A stretch of 64,000 nucleotides of DNA from an uncultured Verrucomicrobia subdivision 3 bacterium (GTDB lineage Bacteria > Verrucomicrobiota > Verrucomicrobiia > Limisphaerales > UBA11358), in contig CAIQEI010000025.1 in assembly GCA_903870815.1 (NCBI GenBank), positions 30,661 through 94,660 on the forward strand, read 5' to 3'. Position numbers and translations under genes: made by a program. The notes beneath the pieces are model-generated. The model worked only from the letters and a program-made list of their open reading frames with translations, searched no databases and had not been told where the DNA came from. Positions 29,226 through 37,403 of the stretch are shown one piece after another; position 1 is the first letter of the stretch, and each line of letters starts with the position of its first letter.

Positions 29226-29525
29226 CTATCGAACACTCTCAAATCCCCTGAATTCATTTTTAGCGTCGGCCCAGAGTATTTGTTCGTCCCGAATAAATCC
29301 AGCAAGACCTGCGCCATGCAACGCGGCGCAAAAAGCGTCGAGTTCCGCCCGGCTGCCCTCGGCCACCAGTTCTACCCGGCCGTCGGGCAGGTTGCGGATG
29401 ACGCCCGTGATTTCAAAGCCCGTCGCGACGGTTTTGGCCGTGTAGCGAAAGCCGACACCCTGCACGCGGCCGGAGAAAAAAACGGTTTTCCGGCGGCGGG
29501 CGGCGATGTCAACCGGTTGCGGCAT
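29226..29525 (-). CDS. acyP: Acylphosphatase
   Basis: GRVQGVGFRYTAK...GVIRNLPDGRVELVAEG signature. The start is trimmed to ATG 29525 (MPQPVD...). Confidence 0.85.
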   Translation of the reverse strand: MPQPVDIAARRRKTVFFSGRVQGVGFRYTAKTVATGFEITGVIRNLPDGRVELVAEGSRAELDAFCAALHGAGLAGFIRDEQILWADAKNEFRGFESVR

Positions 29526-29689
29526 GGCGGGATGAAGCCAAAGCGGCGCGCGGGATGCAATGTTTTTTGGCGGCGGTTGCAAAGATTTTTTTGTTTTGGT
29601 TTGACCGGGTGGCGGAATTGGCGTAATCAGAACGGGCTGCCACACCTAAATTTATGCAGCCGGTTTTTTGGGGTGGCGGGTAGTAACTC

Positions 29690-31588
29690 ATGCTGAACAC
29701 CAAGTCATTTTTGACCGTTGATTTTGGAGCGGGCAGCCTCAAGCTGGCCGAGTTTGAAATCAACGAGTCCGGCGGTTTGCGGCTGAAATTGTTTGCCATC
29801 CAGGCGCTCGGGCTGGAAGGTTCGCAGGAAAGCTCCCGCGAAAATTCGATCTTGCAGGCTTTGCAGTCGGTGCTTGCCGAAAATCACCTCAAGACCAAAA
29901 GCGTCAACGTTTGCGCGCCCGGATTTCACGTTTTCTCCAAGTTTGTCAAGTTGCCCCCGGTCGATGCGGCCAAGGTCGGCCAGATCATCCAATACGAGGC
30001 GCAGCAGAACGTCCCGTTTCCGCTCTCGGAAGTGGTGTGGGATTACCAGATCCTCGGTTCCGCGGCGAGCGGTGAGCTGGAGGTGCTGCTCGTTGCCATC
30101 AAGTCCGATATTGTTGAACGGCTTTTCCGCGTGGCGGAGGAGGCTAAGTTGAAGTTGCATCTTTGCGACGCCTCGCCCGCCGCCCTCTGCAACGCGTTCC
30201 GCTACAATTATGGCGACCTCGAAGATTGCACCATGCTGCTCGATATCGGGGCCAAGACGAGCAATCTGCTCTTCTTCGAGCAGGGAAAAGTCTTTTCCCG
30301 CAGCATCAATCTTGGCGCGAACATCATCACGCAGGATTTTGCCAGCGAGGCGAAGTTGAAATTCGACGAGGCCGAGAAGATAAAAATCGCTGAGGGTTTT
30401 GTCAGTCTGGGCGGCGCTTACGAGGAGCCGGATAATCCGCATCAGGCGGCCATTTCCAAGATCGCGCGCCAGTTCATGACCAAGCTCCATATCCAGGTGA
30501 ACCAGACCATGCAGTTTTATCGCGGTCAGCAGGGCGGCACGGCGCCGCACCGCTTGTTCCTTTCCGGCGGCGCGTCCATCATGCCTTATACCGCGCAGTT
30601 TTTCGCCGAAAAACTGAATATCCCGGTGGAATATTTTAATCCGTTCCGCAACGTGCAGATCGACCCGGCGGTGAATCTGGAGGAGCTTTCTCGCGTGGCG
30701 CATTCGCTGGGCGAAGTCGTGGGTCTCGGCCTGCGCAACTTGGCGAACTGTCCGGTGGAAATGAATTTGATGCCGGACAGCACGCTGCGGTGGCAGTCCT
30801 TCAACCAGAAAAAACCCTATCTCGTTGCCGCCGTGTTCAGCCTGGTTCTCGTCGCCTTTGGTGTCGGGTTTTTGTTCTCGAAACTCGCCGTGAACAAGGA
30901 GCGTGAAATCGATCAGTTGAATCCCCAGGTGGAAGTGATCCAGGTTAAAGTGGGCCGGTTCAACTCGGCCTACAAGCAGCTGCAACGGGCGCAGGGCGAG
31001 GCCGGCCAGCTCACGCAATGGCTGCAGCAGCGCTTTTATTGGGCTGATTTTCTGGCGGAGGTGCGCCGCGCCCTCATCCGTTCCGAGGACGACCTCAAGA
31101 AAAAAGTGACCGCTCAAAAATCCGGCTCGGATGTCGGCATCTGGGTTGAGCATTTAACCTCCGCCCCGAACCAGGCCGGTGCCGCCGATCCCGCCGTTGC
31201 CAATCCGTCGGATGCAATGTCCGGGGCGGGGCTGGCCGCCAAAATGGCAGCGTTGATGATGAACGCAAATAAAGGCGGCCCGGCGAACCAGCCCGGCAAC
31301 AATCCCGTTGCCATTCCGGGCGCCGCGGTCCCCGCCGCCAATGCGGTGGACCAGTCAGCGGTGAATCCCGTCACCCTGGTCTGCCGGGCGGTGAGCCTTA
31401 AGAATATTGATCCCTCGGCCAACAACACGGACATTGCCTACGCGGTGCGGGACCAGATTGCCTCCTCGCCGTTGGTGAACCCGGATTCCAAAGCGACCCA
31501 GCTCGTGGGTGAAATCTCGCCCGATGACGCCAACGGCACCTTTACCTTCACGGTGAGCGTCACGCCGATTAAACCGCTGACTTTTTGA
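29690..31588 (+). CDS. pilM: Type IV pilus assembly protein: PilM (actin-like ATPase fold) fused to a PilN-like TM/coiled-coil region with a long Ala/Pro/Asn-rich C-terminal extension
   Basis: 632 aa. PilM-type N-terminus (LTVDFGAGSLKLAEF..., LLDIGAKTSNL, LFLSGGAS), then one TM helix (YLVAAVFSLVLVAFGVGFLF) followed by a coiled-coil. Confidence 0.82.
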   Translation: MLNTKSFLTVDFGAGSLKLAEFEINESGGLRLKLFAIQALGLEGSQESSRENSILQALQSVLAENHLKTKSVNVCAPGFHVFSKFVKLPPVDAAKVGQIIQYEAQQNVPFPLSEVVWDYQILGSAASGELEVLLVAIKSDIVERLFRVAEEAKLKLHLCDASPAALCNAFRYNYGDLEDCTMLLDIGAKTSNLLFFEQGKVFSRSINLGANIITQDFASEAKLKFDEAEKIKIAEGFVSLGGAYEEPDNPHQAAISKIARQFMTKLHIQVNQTMQFYRGQQGGTAPHRLFLSGGASIMPYTAQFFAEKLNIPVEYFNPFRNVQIDPAVNLEELSRVAHSLGEVVGLGLRNLANCPVEMNLMPDSTLRWQSFNQKKPYLVAAVFSLVLVAFGVGFLFSKLAVNKEREIDQLNPQVEVIQVKVGRFNSAYKQLQRAQGEAGQLTQWLQQRFYWADFLAEVRRALIRSEDDLKKKVTAQKSGSDVGIWVEHLTSAPNQAGAADPAVANPSDAMSGAGLAAKMAALMMNANKGGPANQPGNNPVAIPGAAVPAANAVDQSAVNPVTLVCRAVSLKNIDPSANNTDIAYAVRDQIASSPLVNPDSKATQLVGEISPDDANGTFTFTVSVTPIKPLTF

Positions 31589-31589
31589 T

Positions 31590-32519
31590 ATGGGTTGGAT
31601 CAAGCGAAATCTGTTTTTTGTGATCGGCGGCGTGGTGACCCTCGGGTTGCTCGGCGCGGGCGGCTATTATATCTATCAGGGCTGGACCCGCAACGCTGAG
31701 GCGGCGGACAAGCTGAATGCTATTTATGGCACGCTGAAAAGCCTTCAGCTCCAAAAGCCCGCCCCCGGTAATGAGAAGATTGACAACCTCCGGATCGCCA
31801 AGGAACAGGAACGGCAGATTCGCGCCTGGATCAACGCCGCTGAGGTGTTCCTCCCGCCTGTGCCGCCGATTCCCGCCGGCAACTTGACGAGCAAACGCTA
31901 TGCGACCGCGCTCGGGTCCACCATTTATCAGTTGCAGCAGGAGGCCCGGGCCGCCAACGTTTCGCTGCCACCGCAATTTTATTTCTCGTTCGACGCGGAA
32001 AATAACAAGCTGACCATTTCGCCGGCCAGCCTGGAGCCGCTGGCGGTGCAGCTGGGCGAGGTCAAGGCGATTGCGGAAACGGTTTTTTCGGCCCGGGTCA
32101 ATGCCTTGGATGGTATCCAGCGCGTGCGCGTGTCCGACGAGGATTCGGCCGGTCCGGCGGGTGATTACCTCGAAGAACATGCGGTGGGGGGCGATCTGGC
32201 GGTCATCACGCCCTACGTCGTCACCTTCCGCTGTTTCACCCCGGAATTGGCGCGCGTCATCGCCGCCTTTGCGACCTCTTCCAATACTTTTCTGATCAAG
32301 ACCGTCAACGTCCAGCCGGCCGCGCCGGCTTCAACGGCCCCCGGTGATGCCCTCGGGCAGCCGGTGCGCCTGCCCATGATGCCCGGATTTTACCCGGGTC
32401 TGTCGGCGCCGGTGGCCCCGCCGGCGTCGGGTCGGGGCGGCTTGCAAACGGTTTTGAAAGAGCAGCTGCTCCGGGTCTCGATGGAGGTCGAATTCGTGAA
32501 ACTGTTGCCGAAGAGTTAA
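31590..32519 (+). CDS. Amuc_1100-like / PilO-like single-pass pilus-associated protein
   Basis: 309 aa with an N-terminal TM helix (LFFVIGGVVTLGLLGAGGYYI). Position (directly after pilM), size and several blocks (VKAIAETVFSARVNALDGIQRVRV; PYVVTFRC...ARVIAAFATSSNTFLIKTVNVQ; C-terminal LRVSMEVEFVKLL) resemble my recollection of Akkermansia muciniphila Amuc_1100. The match is from memory, not searched. Confidence 0.5.
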   Translation: MGWIKRNLFFVIGGVVTLGLLGAGGYYIYQGWTRNAEAADKLNAIYGTLKSLQLQKPAPGNEKIDNLRIAKEQERQIRAWINAAEVFLPPVPPIPAGNLTSKRYATALGSTIYQLQQEARAANVSLPPQFYFSFDAENNKLTISPASLEPLAVQLGEVKAIAETVFSARVNALDGIQRVRVSDEDSAGPAGDYLEEHAVGGDLAVITPYVVTFRCFTPELARVIAAFATSSNTFLIKTVNVQPAAPASTAPGDALGQPVRLPMMPGFYPGLSAPVAPPASGRGGLQTVLKEQLLRVSMEVEFVKLLPKS

Positions 32520-32520
32520 A

Positions 32521-33306
32521 ATGTCATTTCTCAAAAAACATTACGAAAAGATCTTGCTGGGCCTCGTGCTGGCGGGCTTGGTTGGCGTGCTGGTCTTCAT
32601 GCTGTTTTATATTGCGGCCGATAAACGGGCGATGGAAGATCTCGCGGAGACTATCATCAATCCGTCGGCCAAGCCGCTCACGAATATTGATCTGACCGTT
32701 TCCGAAGCGGCGTTGGCCCGGGTGCAATCCCCCTTTCGGTTGGATTTTGAAACGGGCAACAAGTTGTTCAATCCCTTCGAGTGGCAGAAAACTCCCGATG
32801 GGCGGCTCATTAAAAAAGCCACCAGCACGGGGCCGCAAATCGTGGTCGTGACCAACATCGCACCGCTCTATCTGATCTTGTCTCTGGACTCGGTCACGAC
32901 CAACGAACTGGGTGCGCGGTATGTCGTTAGTGTCGAACATCAGGGGGCCACCAATGTGGCCCGGCGCCACCGGACCACCCACTATGTCTCGGTGGGCGAC
33001 AAGAACGACACCTTTGCCCTGTCTTCCATTCAGGGCCCTCCGGAAAATCCCGATGCCTTGATTCTGAAATTAACGGATACCGGCGAGCCGGCCACGGTGA
33101 CCCGCAGCCTGCCTTACCGCCGCGTGGATGGCTATCTGGCCGACTTCCGGTACGATCCCGAGAAGCGGGTTTTTCGGGGCCGCCGGGTTGGCGACCGGGT
33201 TTCTTTTGGGGGCGCGGATTACCTGGTGGTTGAGATCAACCAGCACGAATTGATCTTGGCCGACCAGTCCAACCAAAAAAAAACCTCTTTGCCATTTGCG
33301 CCCTGA
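32521..33306 (+). CDS. Single-pass membrane protein of the pilus module (positional PilP/Amuc_1099 equivalent)
   Basis: 261 aa with an N-terminal TM helix (ILLGLVLAGLVGVLVFMLFYI). It is tightly packed, 1 nt after the previous stop. No motif recognised. Confidence 0.35.
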   Translation: MSFLKKHYEKILLGLVLAGLVGVLVFMLFYIAADKRAMEDLAETIINPSAKPLTNIDLTVSEAALARVQSPFRLDFETGNKLFNPFEWQKTPDGRLIKKATSTGPQIVVVTNIAPLYLILSLDSVTTNELGARYVVSVEHQGATNVARRHRTTHYVSVGDKNDTFALSSIQGPPENPDALILKLTDTGEPATVTRSLPYRRVDGYLADFRYDPEKRVFRGRRVGDRVSFGGADYLVVEINQHELILADQSNQKKTSLPFAP

Positions 33307-33358
33307 ATGTTAAAAATCTAATATTTAACCGCGCCACTTTGAAGAACCTCATACTGTC

Positions 33359-35749
33359 ATGACAAAAGCCGCCCTCCTTTGCCTCGGCCTCGCCGCCCTG
33401 CTTGCTTTGCCCTCCGCCGCGTCCGCCCAGGAAAATTCCACTGCCGTCGCGGTCAACGAAGCCGTTTTGCGCCAGGCCAATACCATCGTGCTCCGCCAGA
33501 AGCTGGCCGCGGCCAGTCACGCCAACCAGGCGGGCGACACTCTCGCCGCCGCCAAGCTTTACCAGGAATCGTGCGAACTCGTTTCCCAAATCGGCTCGGG
33601 TATTGATCCGGAAGCCGCCCAGGCCGTCAATGGCTTGGCCACCACCCGGCTGGCCCTGGCGCAGGCGGACCAGAGCCGCGGAGATTTCCGTGATGCGGCC
33701 ACGCAAGCGCAGCAGGTCCTGAAGGTGGATCCGAAAAATCCCGCCGCCTTGGCTTTCAAAAAACAAAATGACCAGATGCTGGACGCTCAGAAAGGCCAGA
33801 TTCCCAGCGCGGCCGCCACGGAGTTGGGACCGCAGGTGGCCGCCCAAAAAACGGATGCCGCCACGATGGTGCAGGACGGAAAATTGTTTTACGAAATGGG
33901 CAAGCTTGACGATGCCGAATCCAAACTAAACCAGGCCATCGCCCTCGACCCCGATAATCCGGCTGCCTATTATTACATGAATCTGGTGCAGCAGGCCAAG
34001 TTCGCCCGCGAGGACGTGCAGCATTCTGTGGATACCCAGAAGCGCATGACCCAGGTGGAAAAGCACTGGATTTTGCCTTCACCCAATGTCACGTTGCCGG
34101 TGCCCAATCCCTACGCCACAAACTCGCTGGTTTACACCGGCCCTGGCCGCCAGGCGATTGTGACCAAACTTGACCATATCCATCTGGACAATGTTACTTT
34201 TGACGGATTGCCCCTCAGCGAAGTTCTGCGCAATTTATCCGAGCAATCCAAGCTCCGCGATCCCGAACGCAAGGGCGTAAATTTTCTGATCAATCCCAAC
34301 CCCGACGAATCCGGCCCGCCTGTGGCGGTGACTCCGGTGAGCCTCCCCGGAGCCTATGGTGCCTATGGTGCCCCCGGCGCCGCCGGTGCCGCCCGGATTG
34401 ACCCCTCCACCGGCTTGCCCGCGGCGGGGGCGGATACCTCCACCGGCGGTGGCAATAGTGGTGAGCCGGTTGACGTTGGCTCCTTTATCATAAAAATCCC
34501 GAGGTTGACGGATGTTCGCCTGGCCGAAGTTCTCGACGCCATCGTTTTGGTGGCGGATCATCCGGTCAAATATTCGGTGCAGGACTTTGCCGTTGTGTTT
34601 TCCGCCAAGGGATCGGAAACCCCCCAGCTTTTCACCCGTGTCTTCAAGGTGGATCCGAACACGTTTTATTCCGGCCTCGAAAGCGTCAGTACCGCAACCT
34701 TTGGCAACGTCAGTAGCAGCAGCAGCAGCAGCGGCGGTTATGGCGGGAACAGTGGCGGGAACAATGGCGGAAATAACAACAACAACAATAGCAGCAGCGG
34801 CAACAGCGGCACCGTCGTGGGTGTCGTCAACGCTTTCTCCGGTGAGGGCGGTTTGCGCAATACCGGTGGCAACGGCAATTATGGCGGTGGCCAGTACGGC
34901 GGCGGTGGCGGTCAGTACGGCGGCGGTGGCGGTCAGTACGGCGGCGGTGGCGGTCAGTACGGCGGCGGTGGCGGCCAGTACGGCGGCGGTGGCGGCCAGT
35001 ACGGCGGCGGTGGCGGCCAGTATGGCGGAGGTAATAACTCCGGCGTCTCCGTCAATTCCAGCGGCGGTTTGCGCTATGTCACCACCCTCACCTCGGCCTC
35101 GGATCCCAGCTTGGCCGCCAAGCAGTTTTTCACCACGCTCGGGGTCAATCTCAACAGCCCGCCGGGCAAATCTGTTTTCTTCAATGACCGGCTCGGCAAA
35201 TTGTTCGTGAAAGCTACGGCCGATGATTTGGATACCATTGAGCGGGCCATTGAGATGATGAATGAAGTCGCCCCGCAGGTGCACATCAAGTCGCGCTTCA
35301 TCGAGGTGCAGCAGAATGACAATGCCGCGCTCGGCTTCGACTGGTATGTCGGCCAGTTCGGCATCGGCAACAAGGTCGTAAGTCAGGCCGGCAATCCCGG
35401 GTCGCTCACCGTGCCGGCCTCCTCGGCCAATCCGCTCGGTGCGTTTCCCGGCGCCACCGCTGCCAACCTGGTGCCCGATGGCGGCCAGCAGTTGTTCTCC
35501 AGCGGTCTGGCCTCCGGCAACGGGGCCACCACCGCCACCATCACGGGCATCCTGACCAATCCCAATTTCCAGGTAGTCATCCATGCGTTGGAGGAGCGCC
35601 AGGGATTTGAATCCTTGGCCGAACCGGAAGTCACCACCACCAGCGGTCGCCAGACCCAGATGCGGGCCACGCAGATCATCTCCGTCGTCACCGGCGTTTA
35701 TTATCAGGCGGCCCCCGCCGTCACCTCCACTACCACCGGCACACCCTAA
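33359..35749 (+). CDS. pilQ: Secretin (PilQ/GspD family), N-terminal polypeptide: signal peptide, TPR-like region, low-complexity S/G/N/Q/Y linker, N-domain and first half of the secretin domain
   Basis: Signal peptide MTKAALLCLGLAALLALPSAASA|Q. N-domain (LFVKATADDLDTIERAIEMMN, HIKSRFIEVQQNDNAALGFDW). Secretin-domain start (NPNFQVVIHALEERQGFESLAEPEVTTTSGRQTQMRATQ). It ends at TAA 35747-35749. Confidence 0.85.
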   Translation: MTKAALLCLGLAALLALPSAASAQENSTAVAVNEAVLRQANTIVLRQKLAAASHANQAGDTLAAAKLYQESCELVSQIGSGIDPEAAQAVNGLATTRLALAQADQSRGDFRDAATQAQQVLKVDPKNPAALAFKKQNDQMLDAQKGQIPSAAATELGPQVAAQKTDAATMVQDGKLFYEMGKLDDAESKLNQAIALDPDNPAAYYYMNLVQQAKFAREDVQHSVDTQKRMTQVEKHWILPSPNVTLPVPNPYATNSLVYTGPGRQAIVTKLDHIHLDNVTFDGLPLSEVLRNLSEQSKLRDPERKGVNFLINPNPDESGPPVAVTPVSLPGAYGAYGAPGAAGAARIDPSTGLPAAGADTSTGGGNSGEPVDVGSFIIKIPRLTDVRLAEVLDAIVLVADHPVKYSVQDFAVVFSAKGSETPQLFTRVFKVDPNTFYSGLESVSTATFGNVSSSSSSSGGYGGNSGGNNGGNNNNNNSSSGNSGTVVGVVNAFSGEGGLRNTGGNGNYGGGQYGGGGGQYGGGGGQYGGGGGQYGGGGGQYGGGGGQYGGGGGQYGGGNNSGVSVNSSGGLRYVTTLTSASDPSLAAKQFFTTLGVNLNSPPGKSVFFNDRLGKLFVKATADDLDTIERAIEMMNEVAPQVHIKSRFIEVQQNDNAALGFDWYVGQFGIGNKVVSQAGNPGSLTVPASSANPLGAFPGATAANLVPDGGQQLFSSGLASGNGATTATITGILTNPNFQVVIHALEERQGFESLAEPEVTTTSGRQTQMRATQIISVVTGVYYQAAPAVTSTTTGTP
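34883..35023 (+). repeat. 21-nt tandem array (ggcggcggtggcggYcagtaY), one partial plus six full units, encoding GGGQY(GGGGGQY)6
   Basis: Read directly. The full units differ only at two synonymous third positions. An (AGC)6 run at 34715-34732 and an AAC run lie just upstream. Confidence 0.92.
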
Positions 35750-35764
35750 TCCCGAAAGGTTCAC

Positions 35765-36424
35765 ATGCTAAATTTTTCAGCTAACCCCCGCAAAAAACTG
35801 GCGCTGTCCGCCGCGCTGGTCCTTGGCTTGGTCGCCGGGCCAGCCGTTCGAGCCCAAAATAACACCTACAATCCGGGGGCTTCTGCCATCGGCTTCAATA
35901 CCTCGCCGGTGGAGACTGGGCCGATTTTGGACGTGGTGCCTTATGTCTTGGCGGACGGCTACACCATCAACATGGCGCTCATCCCCTCGGTCACCGTTTT
36001 CAACGGTTATGACACCCCGCCGACCATTCCGAACGTGACGGGCAACTTGAATGTCGTCCAGCTCCCGATCATTCTGCCGGACTTTACCGTGCGTCAGGTG
36101 GTCACCACCGTCAACGTCTGGGATAATCAGACTGTCGTTCTCGGCGGCCTCATCTCCTCGTCGTTGCAGTCCACCAAAAACAAGGTTCCGGTCATCGCCG
36201 ACCTTCCCCTGGTGGGCAACCTGTTCCAAAGCGCGAGCAAGACGACGCAAAAAAAGAATCTGATGATTTTTGTCACGGCCACCATCGTGGATCCGGCCGG
36301 CAACCGGGTCCATTCCGATGATGATTTGCCGTTTGCCCAGGCCGCCGTTCCGGTCCAGCCGCCCGGGGCCGGCGTGGTTTCAGATACCGTCAAAAAAGTG
36401 CCGCCGCCCGTGGTCACCCAGTGA
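35765..36424 (+). CDS. pilQ: Secretin family, C-terminal polypeptide: own signal peptide plus second half of the secretin domain
   Basis: ATG 35765 is preceded by GAAAGG (35754-35759). N-terminus MLNFSANPRKKLALSAALVLGLVAGPAVRA|Q. Then GPILDVVPYVLADGYTINMALIPSV, NQTVVLGGLISS, KVPVIADLPLVGNLFQS, KKNLMIFVTATIVDP, which are canonical secretin C-terminal blocks. It is in the same reading frame as the upstream ORF. Confidence 0.85.
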   Translation: MLNFSANPRKKLALSAALVLGLVAGPAVRAQNNTYNPGASAIGFNTSPVETGPILDVVPYVLADGYTINMALIPSVTVFNGYDTPPTIPNVTGNLNVVQLPIILPDFTVRQVVTTVNVWDNQTVVLGGLISSSLQSTKNKVPVIADLPLVGNLFQSASKTTQKKNLMIFVTATIVDPAGNRVHSDDDLPFAQAAVPVQPPGAGVVSDTVKKVPPPVVTQ

Positions 36425-37296
36425 GTCGCCTCCTGATTGTTGACGGGCACGCCTATGCCTACCGGGCGTTTCACGCAATCCGGGAGTTGCGTTCGCCCGC
36501 CGGTCAGCCGACGAATGCCGTTTATGGCTTCGTTAAGATGCTGGAGAAAATGCGTTCGGCCGTGGCGCCCACGCACGGTATTGTGGTCTGGGACGGCGGT
36601 TTGAGTGCCGAACGGCTGGCCGCGCTGCCGGAGTACAAGGCGCAGCGGCCGGAAATGCCGGCGGATTTGCGGCCGCAGTTGGATGGCATCGCGGATTTTT
36701 TGGCGGCCGCCGGTGTGGCCAGCTACCGCCAGTCTGGCGTCGAGGCGGATGATTATATCGCCACGCTGGCGCGGCAGGCGGCGGCGGGTTGGAACGTGGT
36801 GATCGCCAGTTCCGACAAGGATTTTATGCAGTTGGTGTCGGCGCGGATCGGGTTGTTGAATCCGAACGACAAGTCCGGGGCGATTTGGGGCCGCGGCGAG
36901 GTGCTGGCCAAAACCGGCGTGCCGCCGGAATCGGTGGCCGACTGGCTGGCGCTCATGGGCGACGCTGTGGATAACATCCCCGGTGTCCCCGGGGTCGGCC
37001 CGAAAACGGCCGCCGAACTGTTGCGTCAGTTTGGCTCGGTCGACGTGTTGTTGACGCGGCTGGATGAGGTGAAATCGGAAAAATTGCGGGCGGCGTTGCG
37101 TGCTTCGGCAGCCGCGGTGATCCGCAACCAGCAACTGGTGCGCCTGCCGGATGTGCCGTGCGGGTTTGTGCCGGAGCAGTTGGCGTTCCGCCCGGCCGAA
37201 CACGGGGCATTGCGTCGGCTGTATGGCGGTTGGGGATTCAAGGGCTTGCTGGCCGCGCTGGATGCCGGCGTTGAAAAACAGGCAGAATTGATTTGA
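36421..37296 (+). CDS. Stand-alone 5'-3' exonuclease (FEN / Pol I N-terminal domain family)
   Basis: 291 aa. LLIVDGHAYAYRAFHA, EADDYIATLA, SSDKDFMQL and the H3TH block (GDAVDNIPGVPGVGPKTA). Its GTG start overlaps the secretin stop (GTGA). Confidence 0.88.
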   Translation: MSRLLIVDGHAYAYRAFHAIRELRSPAGQPTNAVYGFVKMLEKMRSAVAPTHGIVVWDGGLSAERLAALPEYKAQRPEMPADLRPQLDGIADFLAAAGVASYRQSGVEADDYIATLARQAAAGWNVVIASSDKDFMQLVSARIGLLNPNDKSGAIWGRGEVLAKTGVPPESVADWLALMGDAVDNIPGVPGVGPKTAAELLRQFGSVDVLLTRLDEVKSEKLRAALRASAAAVIRNQQLVRLPDVPCGFVPEQLAFRPAEHGALRRLYGGWGFKGLLAALDAGVEKQAELI

Positions 37297-37403
37297 ACAT
37301 GAATTTGCATAGGTCGATCAACCAAATAGTCGGTGCTAGGAAAAACCTTGCGGGAATTTTTAGACAATCCCGCCGGGGTGGTTTATTTTCTTCACCTATC
37401 GTC

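Noticed and set aside
34883-35023. The tandem repeats (this 21-nt array and the 7-nt arrays at 1691, 23871 and 25378) considered as CRISPR-like arrays.
   Set aside because: The units are contiguous with no unique spacers and are far too short. One array is plainly coding. None of these is a CRISPR array.
37340-37400. Imperfect hairpin gcggga...tcccgc followed by ggtttatttt after the exonuclease gene, considered as a terminator that would uncouple the giant-protein block from the pilus module.
   Set aside because: The stem is only 6 bp with a 12-nt loop and the U-tract is interrupted. The evidence is insufficient either way, so the operon boundary is left open.
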